A stretch of DNA of 64,000 nt from Takakia lepidozioides (lineage: Eukaryota > Plantae > Bryophyta). Of this stretch, positions 63,435 through 64,000 are shown in pieces. The DNA lies in contig CM060732.1 of the NCBI GenBank assembly GCA_030704615.1, positions 58,342,001 through 58,406,000 of the forward strand. Reading direction: 5' to 3'. The position numbers and the translations under genes were made by a program. The notes below the pieces were generated by a model, which had not been told where the DNA came from, did no database searches, and saw only the letters and a list, made by a program, of their open reading frames with translations. Position 1 is the first letter of the stretch; each line of letters opens with the position of its first letter.

Positions 63435-63622
63435 TGTGTGGACTAGTGACTGCCATAGTGGGCAGCATAGTGGCAGCCTAGTGACTGACTAGTTGTGGCC
63501 TAGTGGTTGGACTAGTGGCTGGACTAGTGGTGGACTAGTGATATACTAGTGTGTGGCGTACATTTGTGTTGTGTGGTTTTGGACAACGATGTAGTTGTGT
63601 AGCGATATGTATGCGCACGACA
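63435..63622 (+). repeat. Probable 3' LTR of family B with GACTAGTG repeats
   Basis: Starts TG after the PPT; candidate end ...GCACGACA; no second LTR to confirm the end. Confidence 0.5.
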
Positions 63623-64000
63623 TCTTGTTAAGGTTGAGGAGTCACTGGGTCTTTCGTCGGAGTGCCCAGATAGCGACTGCATGCTCCCTTTTCAACAACA
63701 AAAGACCCATTTGTACCAGCAGGCCCAGCTCGCCCCACATCACAAAGACCTTCCCATGCAGGTCATGCATTTGTGGAAGGACTCACCTCAGATTGGAGGT
63801 GAATACCAAACATCTTTCATCCATAGCCATTTTCTAGTGTCATGCTCTTACAAACACAATGGCTGCTTACTGGGGCGATTGCACTGCGCAGCACCTTCAC
63901 CTTACTCTCAATGAGGCTAGACGTAGAGATGGAAGAGGAGAACCACCAAATGGAGCTGCAGAGAACCAGGAAGCAAGTGGAAGGAGCAGGGTTGCCCACA

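Larger units (their letters stand above)
60099..63622 (+). mobile_element. Ty3/Gypsy family B: DNMT(C-term)-RT(deleted)-RNaseH-INT-PHD, PPT and probable 3' LTR; 5'-truncated
   Basis: See sub-features; PPT AGGGGGG at 63424-63430 followed by TG at 63435. Confidence 0.85.

Overview
Eukaryotic, almost gene-free, transposon-dense window from a land plant. A moss or other bryophyte is most likely, inferred only from TE families and spliceosomal introns. No intact host gene, rRNA, tRNA or CRISPR array is supported. Contents: (i) three partial copies plus a self-inserted solo LTR of one non-chromovirus Ty3/Gypsy family carrying a large extra 3' ORF; (ii) a second Gypsy element (60.1-63.6 kb) whose polyprotein frame has the C-terminal part of a DNMT3/DRM-like C5 cytosine methyltransferase before RT and a PHD finger fused to integrase; (iii) a TTAA-flanked element with CCCC...GGGG termini, whose second copy holds a degenerate piggyBac-like transposase; (iv) MULE, hAT, CACTA, L1 and RNase H/CCHC non-LTR relics; (v) duplicated composite blocks made of a hairpin-rich satellite, several palindrome arrays and captured RING-H2, SWIM and LINE fragments. 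The methyltransferase-plus-PHD retrotransposon and the piggyBac-like element are the strongest novelty candidates. All domain calls are by-eye motif matches and need HMM confirmation.
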